The translations under genes were made by a program, and so were the position numbers. This document shows positions 29,492-39,225 of a DNA stretch of 64,000 bases, in pieces (positions within the stretch are counted from its first letter, which is position 1; each line of letters begins with the position of its first letter). The notes beneath the pieces were generated by a model, which was given only the letters and a program-made list of their open reading frames with translations, was not told the origin of the DNA and ran no database searches. Source of the stretch: an uncultured candidate division WWE3 bacterium (GTDB taxonomy: Bacteria > Patescibacteriota > WWE3 > UBA101185 > UBA10185); assembly GCA_963765125.1 (NCBI GenBank), contig CAVXUZ010000004.1, positions 192,792 to 256,791 on the forward strand, read 5' to 3'.

Positions 29492-30552
29492 ACATACTGG
29501 TATCAGCGGGAGGTCAGGGCACAAAAATCTGGCCTTTTAGCAGAAAATCAAGCCCAAAACAATTTCAAAAAATAATTGGAGAAGATTCTTCTTTTTCTCA
29601 CAATATAAAAATGCTTCTCACAAAATATAAACCCGAGAATATATTTATATCGACAAAGAAAATGTATAAAGAAATTGTGAGTGAGCAGGCTCGAAGCATT
29701 CCTACAAAAAATATTATATTAGAGCCCGACAGTGCCCAAGGACGCGGGCCGGGAGAAGGTTTTGCATTCTTATACCTGTCTATTCACGCGCCTAACGAAC
29801 CGTTTTCTATATTACAGTCAGATTGTATATACATAACTCCAGAGAACTACCTGAATATGTTAGAAGATCTAGATAATTTGGTTAAAAAAGAAAATAAATT
29901 TATTTCGGGTGGGCAAGTGCCGGCGTTTCCTGTTCTAGGAGTAGATTACCTTGAATTAGGCGAGAGTGTTAATAACCATAGCAATATATTTAAAGTAAAA
30001 AACTTTTTGGGTCGAAAAGAAGATTACAAAGAGACAGAAAAACTAATTAGCGAAAATAAAGTTGTAATACATATGAACATCAACACCTGGTACCCGGAGT
30101 TAATGTTAGAGGCTTACAAAAAATATAAACTCGCATGGTACGACTCACTGATGAAAATTAAAGAAGTTATTGATGATGCACAAGCAGTTGAGGAGATATT
30201 TAATAAAATGGAAAAAGGTTCTACCGAAGAAGTAACACAAAATATATTTAAAGATGGATATATTGTCATACCGTCGTTTAAATGGATAGATTTGGGAACA
30301 TGGGACTCAATATATAGACATTTTTCTCAAGAAGGAGATTTATATACAGAAGGAAACGTAGTCGCCTTAGACTCGTCGGGCTCATTAATAAAAAGTTTAA
30401 ATCCAAAAAAACTAATTGCAGTGCTGGGGTTGAAGAATATGGTAGTGGTAGATACTGACGATATCTTATTCATATCGCCAAGAGACAAAGTGAATAATAT
30501 TAAAAAAGTTCAAGAAAAATTGAAAAATAGTGGACTAGAAGAGTATTTATAA
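29488..30552 (+). CDS. manC: Mannose-1-phosphate guanylyltransferase
   Basis: AGGQGTKIWPFSRKSSPKQF, WIDLGTW, VVVDTDD. Confidence 0.88.
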   Translation: MNILVSAGGQGTKIWPFSRKSSPKQFQKIIGEDSSFSHNIKMLLTKYKPENIFISTKKMYKEIVSEQARSIPTKNIILEPDSAQGRGPGEGFAFLYLSIHAPNEPFSILQSDCIYITPENYLNMLEDLDNLVKKENKFISGGQVPAFPVLGVDYLELGESVNNHSNIFKVKNFLGRKEDYKETEKLISENKVVIHMNINTWYPELMLEAYKKYKLAWYDSLMKIKEVIDDAQAVEEIFNKMEKGSTEEVTQNIFKDGYIVIPSFKWIDLGTWDSIYRHFSQEGDLYTEGNVVALDSSGSLIKSLNPKKLIAVLGLKNMVVVDTDDILFISPRDKVNNIKKVQEKLKNSGLEEYL

Positions 30553-30573
30553 TAATATAGAAAGGAAAAATTT

Positions 30574-30870
30574 ATGAAAGATTTTATAAAATTTATTAGG
30601 GAGCAGGGAGTAGCAGGACTCGCAATCGGCTTTATTTTAGGGGGAGCAATATCTTCTCTCGTCTCTTCGCTAGTAAACGACTTGATAAATCCGTTGTTAG
30701 GACTGGCACTAGGTGCAATCGACGGCCTCTCGTCTGCAGTTTTAAAAATAGGAACAGCAGAAATAAGATACGGTCACTTTATTGGTGCATTAATAGACTT
30801 TATAGTTATAGCGTTGGTAGTTTACTTCATATTTAGTAAACTTGCAGAGAAGTTAGACAAGAAAAAATAA
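30574..30870 (+). CDS. mscL: Large-conductance mechanosensitive channel
   Basis: DFIKFI...LAIGFILGGA...SLVNDLINP...YGHFIGALIDF. Confidence 0.9.
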   Translation: MKDFIKFIREQGVAGLAIGFILGGAISSLVSSLVNDLINPLLGLALGAIDGLSSAVLKIGTAEIRYGHFIGALIDFIVIALVVYFIFSKLAEKLDKKK

Positions 30871-30921
30871 TTGGTTTGGTGAAGAGCGCGGTGTGATAGA
30901 ATTCTCAATTGAATAGTGCGT

Positions 30922-31011
30922 GGAGGGATGCGGGAGCGGTTTATCCGGCTCGCTTGGAAAGCGACGCGTCTCGAAAGGGACACGGGGGTTCGAATCCCCC
31001 TCCCTCCGCCA
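30922..31011 (+). tRNA. tRNA-Ser(GGA)
   Basis: Acceptor GGAGGGA/TCCCTCC-G-CCA; loop TT-GGA-AA; long variable arm. Confidence 0.93.
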
Positions 31012-31186
31012 GTGGAAAAGCGAAAAGTGTAGTTTATACTTTTCGCTTTTTCATTTGTGTGAAGGGGATTCGAATAGCGGACTGAGCGAAGCGAAGGAGC
31101 TGGGGTCGACGGGCGCATCAGCAGATGCGAACCGGTGACCGAATCCTGCACAAAACTTAGCGAACGAAGTGCCCCTCCCTCCGCCA
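31012..31186 (+). repeat. tDNA-linked structured element (Ser-GGA copy)
   Basis: Hairpin; GGGGATTCGAA at 31064-31074; core GGGGTCGACGGGCGCATCAGCAGATGCGAACCGGTGACC; split 3'-end duplicate ending at 31186. Confidence 0.85.
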
Positions 31187-31208
31187 TAACCAAGCGTATA
31201 ATTAAAAA

Positions 31209-31715
31209 ATGTCGTATTCCCTTTGGTTAGTTCCTAACGAAGAAGAGGTAAAAAAGTACTTAGCTCAGATAGTCAAAGAACTCGCAGATAATTATGGTGG
31301 CCCAGTTTTTGAACCTCACGCAACTTTGTTAGGAGATTTGCCGTTGAGTTTAGATGAAGTAATTAAAGGATGTGAGTACTTTGTGTCGAAAACCAATTCC
31401 TTTAAAGCTGAGATCAGCTCAGTTGAATATTCTACGACTTATTACCAATGTATTTTTGTGCGTTTGAAGCCTACTCCAGAGTTGATGAATCTATACGATC
31501 TGGCTAAACAAAGTTTTGGCTTGACTAAGCCATCTATATTTATGCCGCATGTCAGTCTTTTTTATGGTGACATCCCTTACCACCAGCGACAAAAGATTGT
31601 CGACTCTATTCAACTTTTACCACAGCAGTTTACCGTAGCGTCCGTTATTGTTGTTCCAGGAGGAGAAAATCCACCTTCTGAGTGGAAACATTTAACTGAA
31701 TTTAAGTTTTTGTAG
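31209..31715 (+). CDS. 2H phosphoesterase (cyclic phosphodiesterase / 2'-5' RNA ligase family)
   Basis: Two HxT/S motifs: FEPHATL and FMPHVSL. Confidence 0.85.
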   Translation: MSYSLWLVPNEEEVKKYLAQIVKELADNYGGPVFEPHATLLGDLPLSLDEVIKGCEYFVSKTNSFKAEISSVEYSTTYYQCIFVRLKPTPELMNLYDLAKQSFGLTKPSIFMPHVSLFYGDIPYHQRQKIVDSIQLLPQQFTVASVIVVPGGENPPSEWKHLTEFKFL

Positions 31716-31849
31716 AAAAAGTTCCAAGTATTTTCTTCCCTCCGCCACGAACAGCTCTGCTAACTGCCTCAACCGTCAATCACCACCACTCTATAATTAC
31801 TAGAGCGTTGTTGCTGTAAATTAATCACTTTTCTGATATAAATTAGTAT

Positions 31850-32053
31850 ATGCAGTTATTTACCCCTTCTCAGATAAAGAGATTTTCAAATATTTTTGAT
31901 AATGCGGGGCAAGTATCTCTAGGCTCGTTAGCAATAAATCCAATAATAAATCCATCAGACTTGCGTATGTTAACCCCTGTTATACTGTCAGGTATAAGTT
32001 TGACGTTTTTTCTTTGGTGGGTATCATTGAGATTAGAGAGGATTTCTTCATGA
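31850..32053 (+). CDS. Small membrane protein
   Basis: 67 aa with two hydrophobic segments. Confidence 0.55.
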   Translation: MQLFTPSQIKRFSNIFDNAGQVSLGSLAINPIINPSDLRMLTPVILSGISLTFFLWWVSLRLERISS

Positions 32054-32148
32054 ATACATTAGCGGTTGTTTATCTTACATTTGCAGTAATTGCTGTCGGT
32101 GTTGCCATAATAATATTTTTGGATAATAGACCGCCTAAAAAAGACTAG
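32050..32148 (+). CDS. 32-aa single-TM peptide (MNTLAVVYLTFAVIAVGVAIIIFLDNRPPKKD)
   Basis: ATGA overlap with the previous stop; below the ORF-track length cutoff. Confidence 0.5.
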   Translation: MNTLAVVYLTFAVIAVGVAIIIFLDNRPPKKD

Positions 32149-32266
32149 CCGCGTTGGCAATAAAGTTCCAAGTGCACTGTACGCACCCCGTTAGACAGAA
32201 TTATAATATAAACAGAAAAAAATAAAGGTAGAGGTGAGTTTTATGCTCAGGTCTGCCTTCGCTGTA

Positions 32267-32512
32267 CTACACTTGTAATTGGATAAAACACCAGCAGCGG
32301 ATCTCAACTCCATTTTCGGTTTTTCCGTCAAGCTGCCGAATTTGGTAACCAGGTTTTCCCACCTGATCATCAAGAAGGACTTCCAACTCTTCCTTACTGA
32401 CGCGATACATGTAAGGTTGAAGTCTTTCTCCTTTGTGCAATTGAAATTCACCATCCCCTGTTTCTGGCTCCCAGGTTGTTCCATCTTGGTCCATTGGCAT
32501 CGAAAACGTCAT
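32267..32512 (-). CDS. Hypothetical protein
   Basis: AGGAGGAGG RBS; 81 aa. Confidence 0.5.
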   Translation of the reverse strand: MTFSMPMDQDGTTWEPETGDGEFQLHKGERLQPYMYRVSKEELEVLLDDQVGKPGYQIRQLDGKTENGVEIRCWCFIQLQV

Positions 32513-32619
32513 TTTAACCTCCTCCTGATTGTTGAGTATCAGCGTAGATCTTTTTAGTCAAACGCACACAAATAACCAAACATTTCCCAAACACCCAAAA
32601 TTATGCTATACAATCATTA

Positions 32620-34382
32620 ATGGATACAGTTTCCCAGATTAAACAAAAACTTGATATTACAGACGTTGTTGGGGCTTATATCTCGCTGAAAAAGGCAGGT
32701 AAGAACTATAAAGCACCGTGTCCATTTCACTCAGAAGATACCCCTTCTTTTATGGTTTCTACTGAACTACAGATTTATAAATGTTTTGGCTGTGGCGAAG
32801 GTGGGGATATGTTCAACTTTGTCGAAAAGATCGAGGGTGTTGAGTTTGGTCGCGCTCTTGAGATTCTTGCTGACAAGGCTGGTGTTGAGATTGAACAGCA
32901 AAATTATGATCCCAATTCAAAAAAGAAAAGTAAGATTTTTGAGATTAATCAGCTGACGATGGAGTTTTACCACCATCTGCTGGTTAAGCACCCGATAGGT
33001 AAGCAGGGTCTTGAGTATTTGACAAAAAAAAGAAAATTAAATCTAGATGTAATTAATGCTTTTAAACTTGGTTACGCACCAGATAAGTGGGATGCGCTTT
33101 ATCACTTTCTAACTAAAAAAGGATTTGCAGAAGAAGACTTAGATCTTGCAGGTGTTGTTATACCCAAAAGAGCTGAAAAAGGTTTTATTGATAAGTTTCG
33201 CGGAAGAATTTTATTTCCACTTATAGATATTTCTGGCAAAGTAGTTGGTTTTACAGGGCGTGATTTAGTTGGTCGCGATCCTAAAGTATTTAAATACTCA
33301 AGAAACGCTAGTTTATAACAAGGGCGTGTTTTTGTATGGTTTGGATAAGGCTAAGGTCGATATAAAAAAGAAAGGCGCTGTATTTGTAGAAGGTCAGGTT
33401 GATGTTTTAACTGCGTACCAGAGTGGAATAACAAATGTGGTTGCTTCTTCGGGTACTGCACTTACCGCAGCTCAGCTTAGGATTATTTCGAGATATACGA
33501 AGGAAATTATTTTCTGTTTCGACTCAGACGAAGCGGGTATGGCTGCGACTTCTCGCGCCCTTGACCTCACCAACCAATTTGATCTAGAAGTGAAGGTTTT
33601 AGTATTGCCAGATAAATATAAAGATTTAGACGAATATCTAATTGCTGCACCAAGTGATGCAAAAGGTGCTTTAAGTAACCCAATTCCTGTTTATGATTTC
33701 TTTATGGTGCGTGCGCTACGAAAGTTTAGTAAAGACACAGCTTATGGAAAAAAGAGAATTGTTGAGATGTTGGCGCCCATTTTTTCAAAAATCAGCAATA
33801 ACGTTGTAAAAGATCACTATACTAAAGAGTTGGCAGAAAAGATTGGTGTGAGCGAAGACGCAATCAGAGACGCGTTTGTACCAGGTGCGGTTCGCGAGTC
33901 ACGCAGTAAACCAGAGGAGACATGAGGCAACTTACGAAAAAGAGGTTAAAAAGAGCACAGAGGAGTATCTTTTATCGCTACTTTTAAAATCAGACCTTGA
34001 CACTATAGGGTTGTATGTGTATAAATTGGGGGCACATAATTTCGTTTCTGACCGAAACAGGCAGATTTTCGCAACACTAAAGAAATATATCGATAGTAAG
34101 CCCGACAAATTTGATATAAAATATTTTACGGGCACTTTAGATGGTGATTACGGCGAAAGTGCCACAGAAATGTATCTTTGGGATTTTGGTGAAACCTCAT
34201 CAAGCCCGGCGTTACTTGCCAAAGAAATAGAAGCAACTATCTCTCGTCTCAAGATGGAGACAACTAAAAGAGAGTTGAAAAACCTTACAGAGCAACTAAA
34301 GCTGGCCGAAATGGAGAAAGACACTAAGAAAGTCAAAGAACTGACCGAGGAATTCAAGCACCTGTCGGAAAAGCTTGTGTAA
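32620..34382 (+). CDS. dnaG: DNA primase, split over three frames by two +1 indels
   Basis: CPFH...CFGC zinc finger, [36 protein letters not shown]; ORFs 32620-33318, 33269-33925, 33876-34382. Confidence 0.93.
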
Positions 34383-34392
34383 TTATTCAATT

Positions 34393-35526
34393 ATGCCAAA
34401 AAAAATAAAACCCATAAAAAAAGAAGAGGCAAAAGAAGAAATAGCAAACTCTAACATTGACCTCAAAGAAAAGAATCTTAAGAAACTTGTAACTTTAGGT
34501 AAGAAGCAGGGTTATTTAACGTTAACCCAAATTTTAGATTTATTTCCAAACGCAGAAGATGATATTGAGACTTTAGACTTTTTGTACGAGAGATTGCTCG
34601 AAGCAAAAGTTGATGTATTTGATGTCGAATCAGAAAAAGAAGCTGAAAAAATTGCAGAGGTTGAAGAACTCGATCTTTCAAAAACAAAACTAGATAGATC
34701 AGTTTCATCCGACCCTGTAAGAATGTATTTAAGAGAAATTGGAAAAGTAGACCTTTTAAATGCAGAAGAAGAGGTTACCTTAGCAAAACGTGCAGAGAAA
34801 AATGATCGAGAAGCAGCAGACATGCTCGCAAAAGCTAATTTAAGGTTAGTTGTTTCAATTGCCAAAAAATACATGGGACGTGGTTTACACTTTCTCGACC
34901 TTATACAAGAGGGAAATATTGGTTTGATGCGCGCAGTCGAAAAGTTTGACTGGAGAAGAGGATTTAAGTTTTCAACGTACGCAACTTGGTGGATACGACA
35001 GGCTATAACGCGTGCAATCGCTGATCAGGCAAAAACAATCAGAATTCCGGTACATATGGTTGAAACTATAAATAAGTATAAAAAGATTGAGCGTGAGTTA
35101 GAGCAAAAATTGCAAAGACCTCCTAGCCCAGAAGAAGTTGCAAAAGTGATGGGAATCGATTACGTAAAAGCCCACGAAATAGAAAGAATCTCTCAAGATA
35201 CAACATCTCTCGAAACTCCAGTTGGAAAAGAAGAGGACACACGTTTAAAGGAATTTATTAAAGACGAAGTAACAGTGTCTCCTTTTGATTCAGCAAGCCA
35301 AGAGTTATTGAAAGGCCACATCGAAGACGTTTTAGAAACACTAAACCCAAGAGAAAAAAGAGTGTTAGCGTTGCGCTTTGGTTTAAAAGACGGAAGAACA
35401 AGAACACTAGAAGAGGTTGGAAAAGAGTTTGGTGTTACAAGAGAACGTATTAGACAGATCGAAGCAAAGGCGTTGAGAAAACTAAGACACCCATCTAGAA
35501 GTAAGAGACTCAGAGATTACTTATAG
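34393..35526 (+). CDS. rpoD: RNA polymerase primary sigma factor
   Basis: [54 protein letters not shown]. Confidence 0.97.
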   Translation: MPKKIKPIKKEEAKEEIANSNIDLKEKNLKKLVTLGKKQGYLTLTQILDLFPNAEDDIETLDFLYERLLEAKVDVFDVESEKEAEKIAEVEELDLSKTKLDRSVSSDPVRMYLREIGKVDLLNAEEEVTLAKRAEKNDREAADMLAKANLRLVVSIAKKYMGRGLHFLDLIQEGNIGLMRAVEKFDWRRGFKFSTYATWWIRQAITRAIADQAKTIRIPVHMVETINKYKKIERELEQKLQRPPSPEEVAKVMGIDYVKAHEIERISQDTTSLETPVGKEEDTRLKEFIKDEVTVSPFDSASQELLKGHIEDVLETLNPREKRVLALRFGLKDGRTRTLEEVGKEFGVTRERIRQIEAKALRKLRHPSRSKRLRDYL

Positions 35527-37067
35527 GAACGAAGGTTTTTGTAAATAAAAACGTCTGACAAGGGAATCAAATTTGGTTTTGGTAGTGTAAATTCACGTAC
35601 CAATTGAAATTTATTCTGGTCCTGAACTTCGCTTTCGAATTTATTCCACTTTTCATAATAAAAAGGGTATTTAGCCATAACTGCGGGGTTTTTATGGTTT
35701 TGCATTGGGCGTGAGGAAAGCACCACGTAGTCATATTTATCAGGATTATCAGGAAAGTAGAAAGCAGCACCCTCGTCGGTATATACCGAGATTTTTTTTG
35801 CTGTTACTCCAGGTAACTTGCTCATTGGGTCTAAGCCCTCTTCTGTGTAAACTAACACACTAACATTTTCAGTTACGAACTCTTTCATCCACAAATAAGC
35901 TTCAGCTTTAGGTGTATATCTTTTAAATTGGCTAAGCAGGAGTGCTGTATTTTGAAAATATAAAACTACAGTCACAATCACCGCTAAATAGTAAAATGCT
36001 TTTTTAGAAAACATATTTTGTATTTGCGATAATCCGTATGAAAAATAAATTAATAATATAGGTATGATTGGTAACATCCACCTATCTACTCTGCGCGATT
36101 GTATTGAGAAAAACAGTAAATATATTAGGACAGTACCTATTAGGAAAATATGAAACTCCTTGTTTGCAAGTGGTTTTTTTAATATTGTCGTGAATTTTCC
36201 AATAAGTGCAAAAAGAATACCAAGAGGTGTAATGATCGCTGAAATTGCAACTATGTATTTAAATGGTGAATAGTCTACTGAATCAAAAACCATTCCTCCT
36301 TCTTTGGTAAACATTTCTAAAATTCGGTATGCAAATAGTTCTTTTAAAATCACCGAAAAAGGATTTGATAGTATAAAAATGCCTATTGTTGTAAAGAAAA
36401 ACGCAAGTATACCCTTTAGATCTTTTTTCACCAAAAACAGATAGACAAAAAATGGAACCGCAATAAGCGTAGTTATCTTTGTTCCTACAGCAAGACCAAA
36501 TAGCAAACCAGATAAAACAGTAAACATTGTATCACTTTCTTTTTGATAATATTTCCACATTGTTATATAGCAACCTATTAGTAAGATTGTTTGCAAAATA
36601 TCAGCGTTTATATAATGGGCGTGAACAATGAGCTTCCAATTTATTGCTAAGAGAAATGCTGATAATAAAGTTGCATGATCATTTTTAAATAGTTTGTGTG
36701 TGAGAAACGCAACCCCGCCAATCATCAACAAAGATAACAAAGCATTAAATGATCTCAAAAATATATAAATCGAGGTCTTATCAAAATCAATATTAAGTAA
36801 ATTCATTGTTTTGCTAAATGCCATCGTTGCAAAAGTATTAAGGTATGCAGGAAAAGTGCCATAAACAAAAGACACAGGTATTAATTTTTCGTATTCACCG
36901 CGTTGAAAAATGCTTTTAAACTCATAAGTATATTTAATCGCAAGTTCTGCAATTTCAGGTTCATCTGCGTAAAAGCTGTGGGGTAGGCCAAATTCAATGT
37001 GATAGAGCCTAAAAAATGAGCCGATTAGCATAGTGAGAATTATTGGTATGATGATTTTTTTGTTCAT
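35517..37067 (-). CDS. GT-C (PMT/ArnT-like) glycosyltransferase
   Basis: [11 protein letters not shown], multiple TMs, GLAVGTK. Confidence 0.75.
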   Translation of the reverse strand: MNKKIIIPIILTMLIGSFFRLYHIEFGLPHSFYADEPEIAELAIKYTYEFKSIFQRGEYEKLIPVSFVYGTFPAYLNTFATMAFSKTMNLLNIDFDKTSIYIFLRSFNALLSLLMIGGVAFLTHKLFKNDHATLLSAFLLAINWKLIVHAHYINADILQTILLIGCYITMWKYYQKESDTMFTVLSGLLFGLAVGTKITTLIAVPFFVYLFLVKKDLKGILAFFFTTIGIFILSNPFSVILKELFAYRILEMFTKEGGMVFDSVDYSPFKYIVAISAIITPLGILFALIGKFTTILKKPLANKEFHIFLIGTVLIYLLFFSIQSRRVDRWMLPIIPILLIYFSYGLSQIQNMFSKKAFYYLAVIVTVVLYFQNTALLLSQFKRYTPKAEAYLWMKEFVTENVSVLVYTEEGLDPMSKLPGVTAKKISVYTDEGAAFYFPDNPDKYDYVVLSSRPMQNHKNPAVMAKYPFYYEKWNKFESEVQDQNKFQLVREFTLPKPNLIPLSDVFIYKNLRSYK

Positions 37068-38341
37068 TTCTTTTGCAGAAGTTTTCTTGTTTCTTCTTTG
37101 TAGCTTTCAACATTTGGTTGATCAAATGCATTAACTCCCATAAGTTGGCCGAGAAACATTATTTCTATCATTTTTAATTGCATGAACTGGCCTAATGATT
37201 TTAGTGAAATATCATCTAACACCATTTCCATAAATGGAAGGCCGTTTTTTGTATACGCGATTTTTACGCCCTCAAGTATCGCGCGCATAATTTCTACTGC
37301 CGAATTGTTTTCAGCCTCAACAAGAATTTCAAGCAGCGCATCTTTTGGAATGCTAATATCACTTTTTGATATATCACTAGATATAAATGTGAAAAACTTA
37401 TCTTTTATCCCACCAAGATATAGTTGTCCCATTGAATGCAGATCCGTAGATCCAATCGAAACGGTTGGTGTAATTCCCTTACCGTTTTTACCAATGCTTT
37501 CTCCCATCAATTGTCTATACCACTTTCCTAAAGATTCCAGTTCAGGATTAAAAAAGAAGCTATCGTTAATTAATTTACCTTTTGTATAGTTTGAAAAGAG
37601 CAAGATCGCTGAAAGAGCGGCTGGATTCTTGAAGATGTTCTTATTAAGACACACACTTCTTGCTTCCATGGCGCCTTGCAGCAGCTGTGGTATATCAATG
37701 CCTAAACACGCCAAAGGAAAAATACCCACACTTGAAAATACTGAAAACCTACCACCAACCTTATTTGGAATTGGCAATAAATCGAGATTCATATTTTTTG
37801 CAGTCTTCCAAAGATCTGAATTGTATTCTGTTGTAATTACAGTTCTATTTTTTGTATAAGGTACACTCCCCATCACGATTTCTAAATTTTCTACTGTTTC
37901 AGTAGTTTTGCCTGATTTGCTGATGGCATTAACCAAAACCTCTTCGTGATCGTTAACATTGTTTTTTAGAAATTTAGCAAGTTTAGTGAGGAAGGCCGGG
38001 TCGTTAGTGTCTACAAAAATCATTTTAGGGTATCTAGTTGGCTCGATTAAATCATAGTGACCGTAAAGAGCGTCGTAAATTGCTTTAGTTCCAAGATTTG
38101 ACCCGCCGATACCAATATCGATAATGTATTTGAGATTACCTTTAGTGTATTTTGCTTTGAGCTTATATATTTTCTCTAAAATCTTTTCATCGAAAGGGAG
38201 GTTAATAGAGCTTTCTTCATACATGTAGTTGTCTGCCTCGGCAATTTTTGTAAGTCTGTCAATGTATTGTTGTAAAAATGCCGCGTGGTTGCTAATTTCA
38301 TCCTTATTCACCTGGGCAGTTTGCTCGTATTTAAAAAGCAT
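37064..38341 (-). CDS. pgi: Glucose-6-phosphate isomerase
   Basis: GIGGSNLG, SKSGKTTE, VGGRFSVFS, QLMGESIGK, DLHSMGQ, AFDQPNVE. Confidence 0.95.
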   Translation of the reverse strand: MLFKYEQTAQVNKDEISNHAAFLQQYIDRLTKIAEADNYMYEESSINLPFDEKILEKIYKLKAKYTKGNLKYIIDIGIGGSNLGTKAIYDALYGHYDLIEPTRYPKMIFVDTNDPAFLTKLAKFLKNNVNDHEEVLVNAISKSGKTTETVENLEIVMGSVPYTKNRTVITTEYNSDLWKTAKNMNLDLLPIPNKVGGRFSVFSSVGIFPLACLGIDIPQLLQGAMEARSVCLNKNIFKNPAALSAILLFSNYTKGKLINDSFFFNPELESLGKWYRQLMGESIGKNGKGITPTVSIGSTDLHSMGQLYLGGIKDKFFTFISSDISKSDISIPKDALLEILVEAENNSAVEIMRAILEGVKIAYTKNGLPFMEMVLDDISLKSLGQFMQLKMIEIMFLGQLMGVNAFDQPNVESYKEETRKLLQKK

Positions 38342-38391
38342 ATGTAAATTTTATCACTAATAATGTTATGATTTCAGAGGAAAACGCGGTT

Positions 38392-39183
38392 TTATGCTAT
38401 AAGATAGCCAAATTCGTTGTCTATGTCTATGCGTTTAACAACTGCCTTACCGGTGTTTTTAATAAAATCGGTAATAATCTTGTTTTCTCTACTTTCAATA
38501 TTTTGCTTTTTTACCATCGCCTCTTTACTTCCAGACACAAAAATGAATTTAGCAGGAATAGTTGCGATAAAAGTTAAAAGCTCTTTTTCTTGTCGGGCAA
38601 TAACCGGAACTAGTTTGAGCATAAATACAAAATCAAAAGATGGAGAACCGTCTAGGTAGAAAGCCCAGTCTTTTTCACCAATTTTGTGATTATAGAGCTC
38701 GAGAGTAGATAAGCTATTGTCATCCTTAAATTGGCTCAATTTTTCAAATGATGTCTTATCCTTATCAATCCAAATATATCTATAAATCTTTTGTAACATT
38801 TCTATCGGTAACGAAGCAGGGAACATACCGCCTCCAAGATCGAGAACAACATTTGAGTTAAGTAGGGTATCTTCAACTTGAGAAATAAGAGAGTTGATAT
38901 AAGGAGAGCGTTCTAAAGTAGAAATATGAGAGTCTACTAAGCTGTCACTTTTTTTCTGGTATGTTCTTAAACCAAAATAGATTTCTTTCTTAACTTTTTT
39001 AATAAAATCTTTAAACACTCGAGTTCTGTAGATTTTATCTAACGTTGTTTCTGTTGTGAGGGCTGTTTGAAGTTGGTGATTGCTGTGAATGCCGTCTTTT
39101 AAGGCTTTTATCGCGTCATCTTTAGAGATTTTATAATCCTCGCAGATCTTTGTTGCCTGTTCCTCAATAAGTATATCGTGCAT
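38392..39183 (-). CDS. ArmA/Rmt/FmrO-like 16S rRNA methyltransferase family protein
   Basis: HISTLER, LDLGGGMFP, DFVFMLKLVPVIARQ, C-terminal NEFGYL. Confidence 0.65.
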   Translation of the reverse strand: MHDILIEEQATKICEDYKISKDDAIKALKDGIHSNHQLQTALTTETTLDKIYRTRVFKDFIKKVKKEIYFGLRTYQKKSDSLVDSHISTLERSPYINSLISQVEDTLLNSNVVLDLGGGMFPASLPIEMLQKIYRYIWIDKDKTSFEKLSQFKDDNSLSTLELYNHKIGEKDWAFYLDGSPSFDFVFMLKLVPVIARQEKELLTFIATIPAKFIFVSGSKEAMVKKQNIESRENKIITDFIKNTGKAVVKRIDIDNEFGYLIA

Positions 39184-39225
39184 GTTTATATGATAGCATT
39201 CGAAGCTGCAAACAAATCTATAGGA

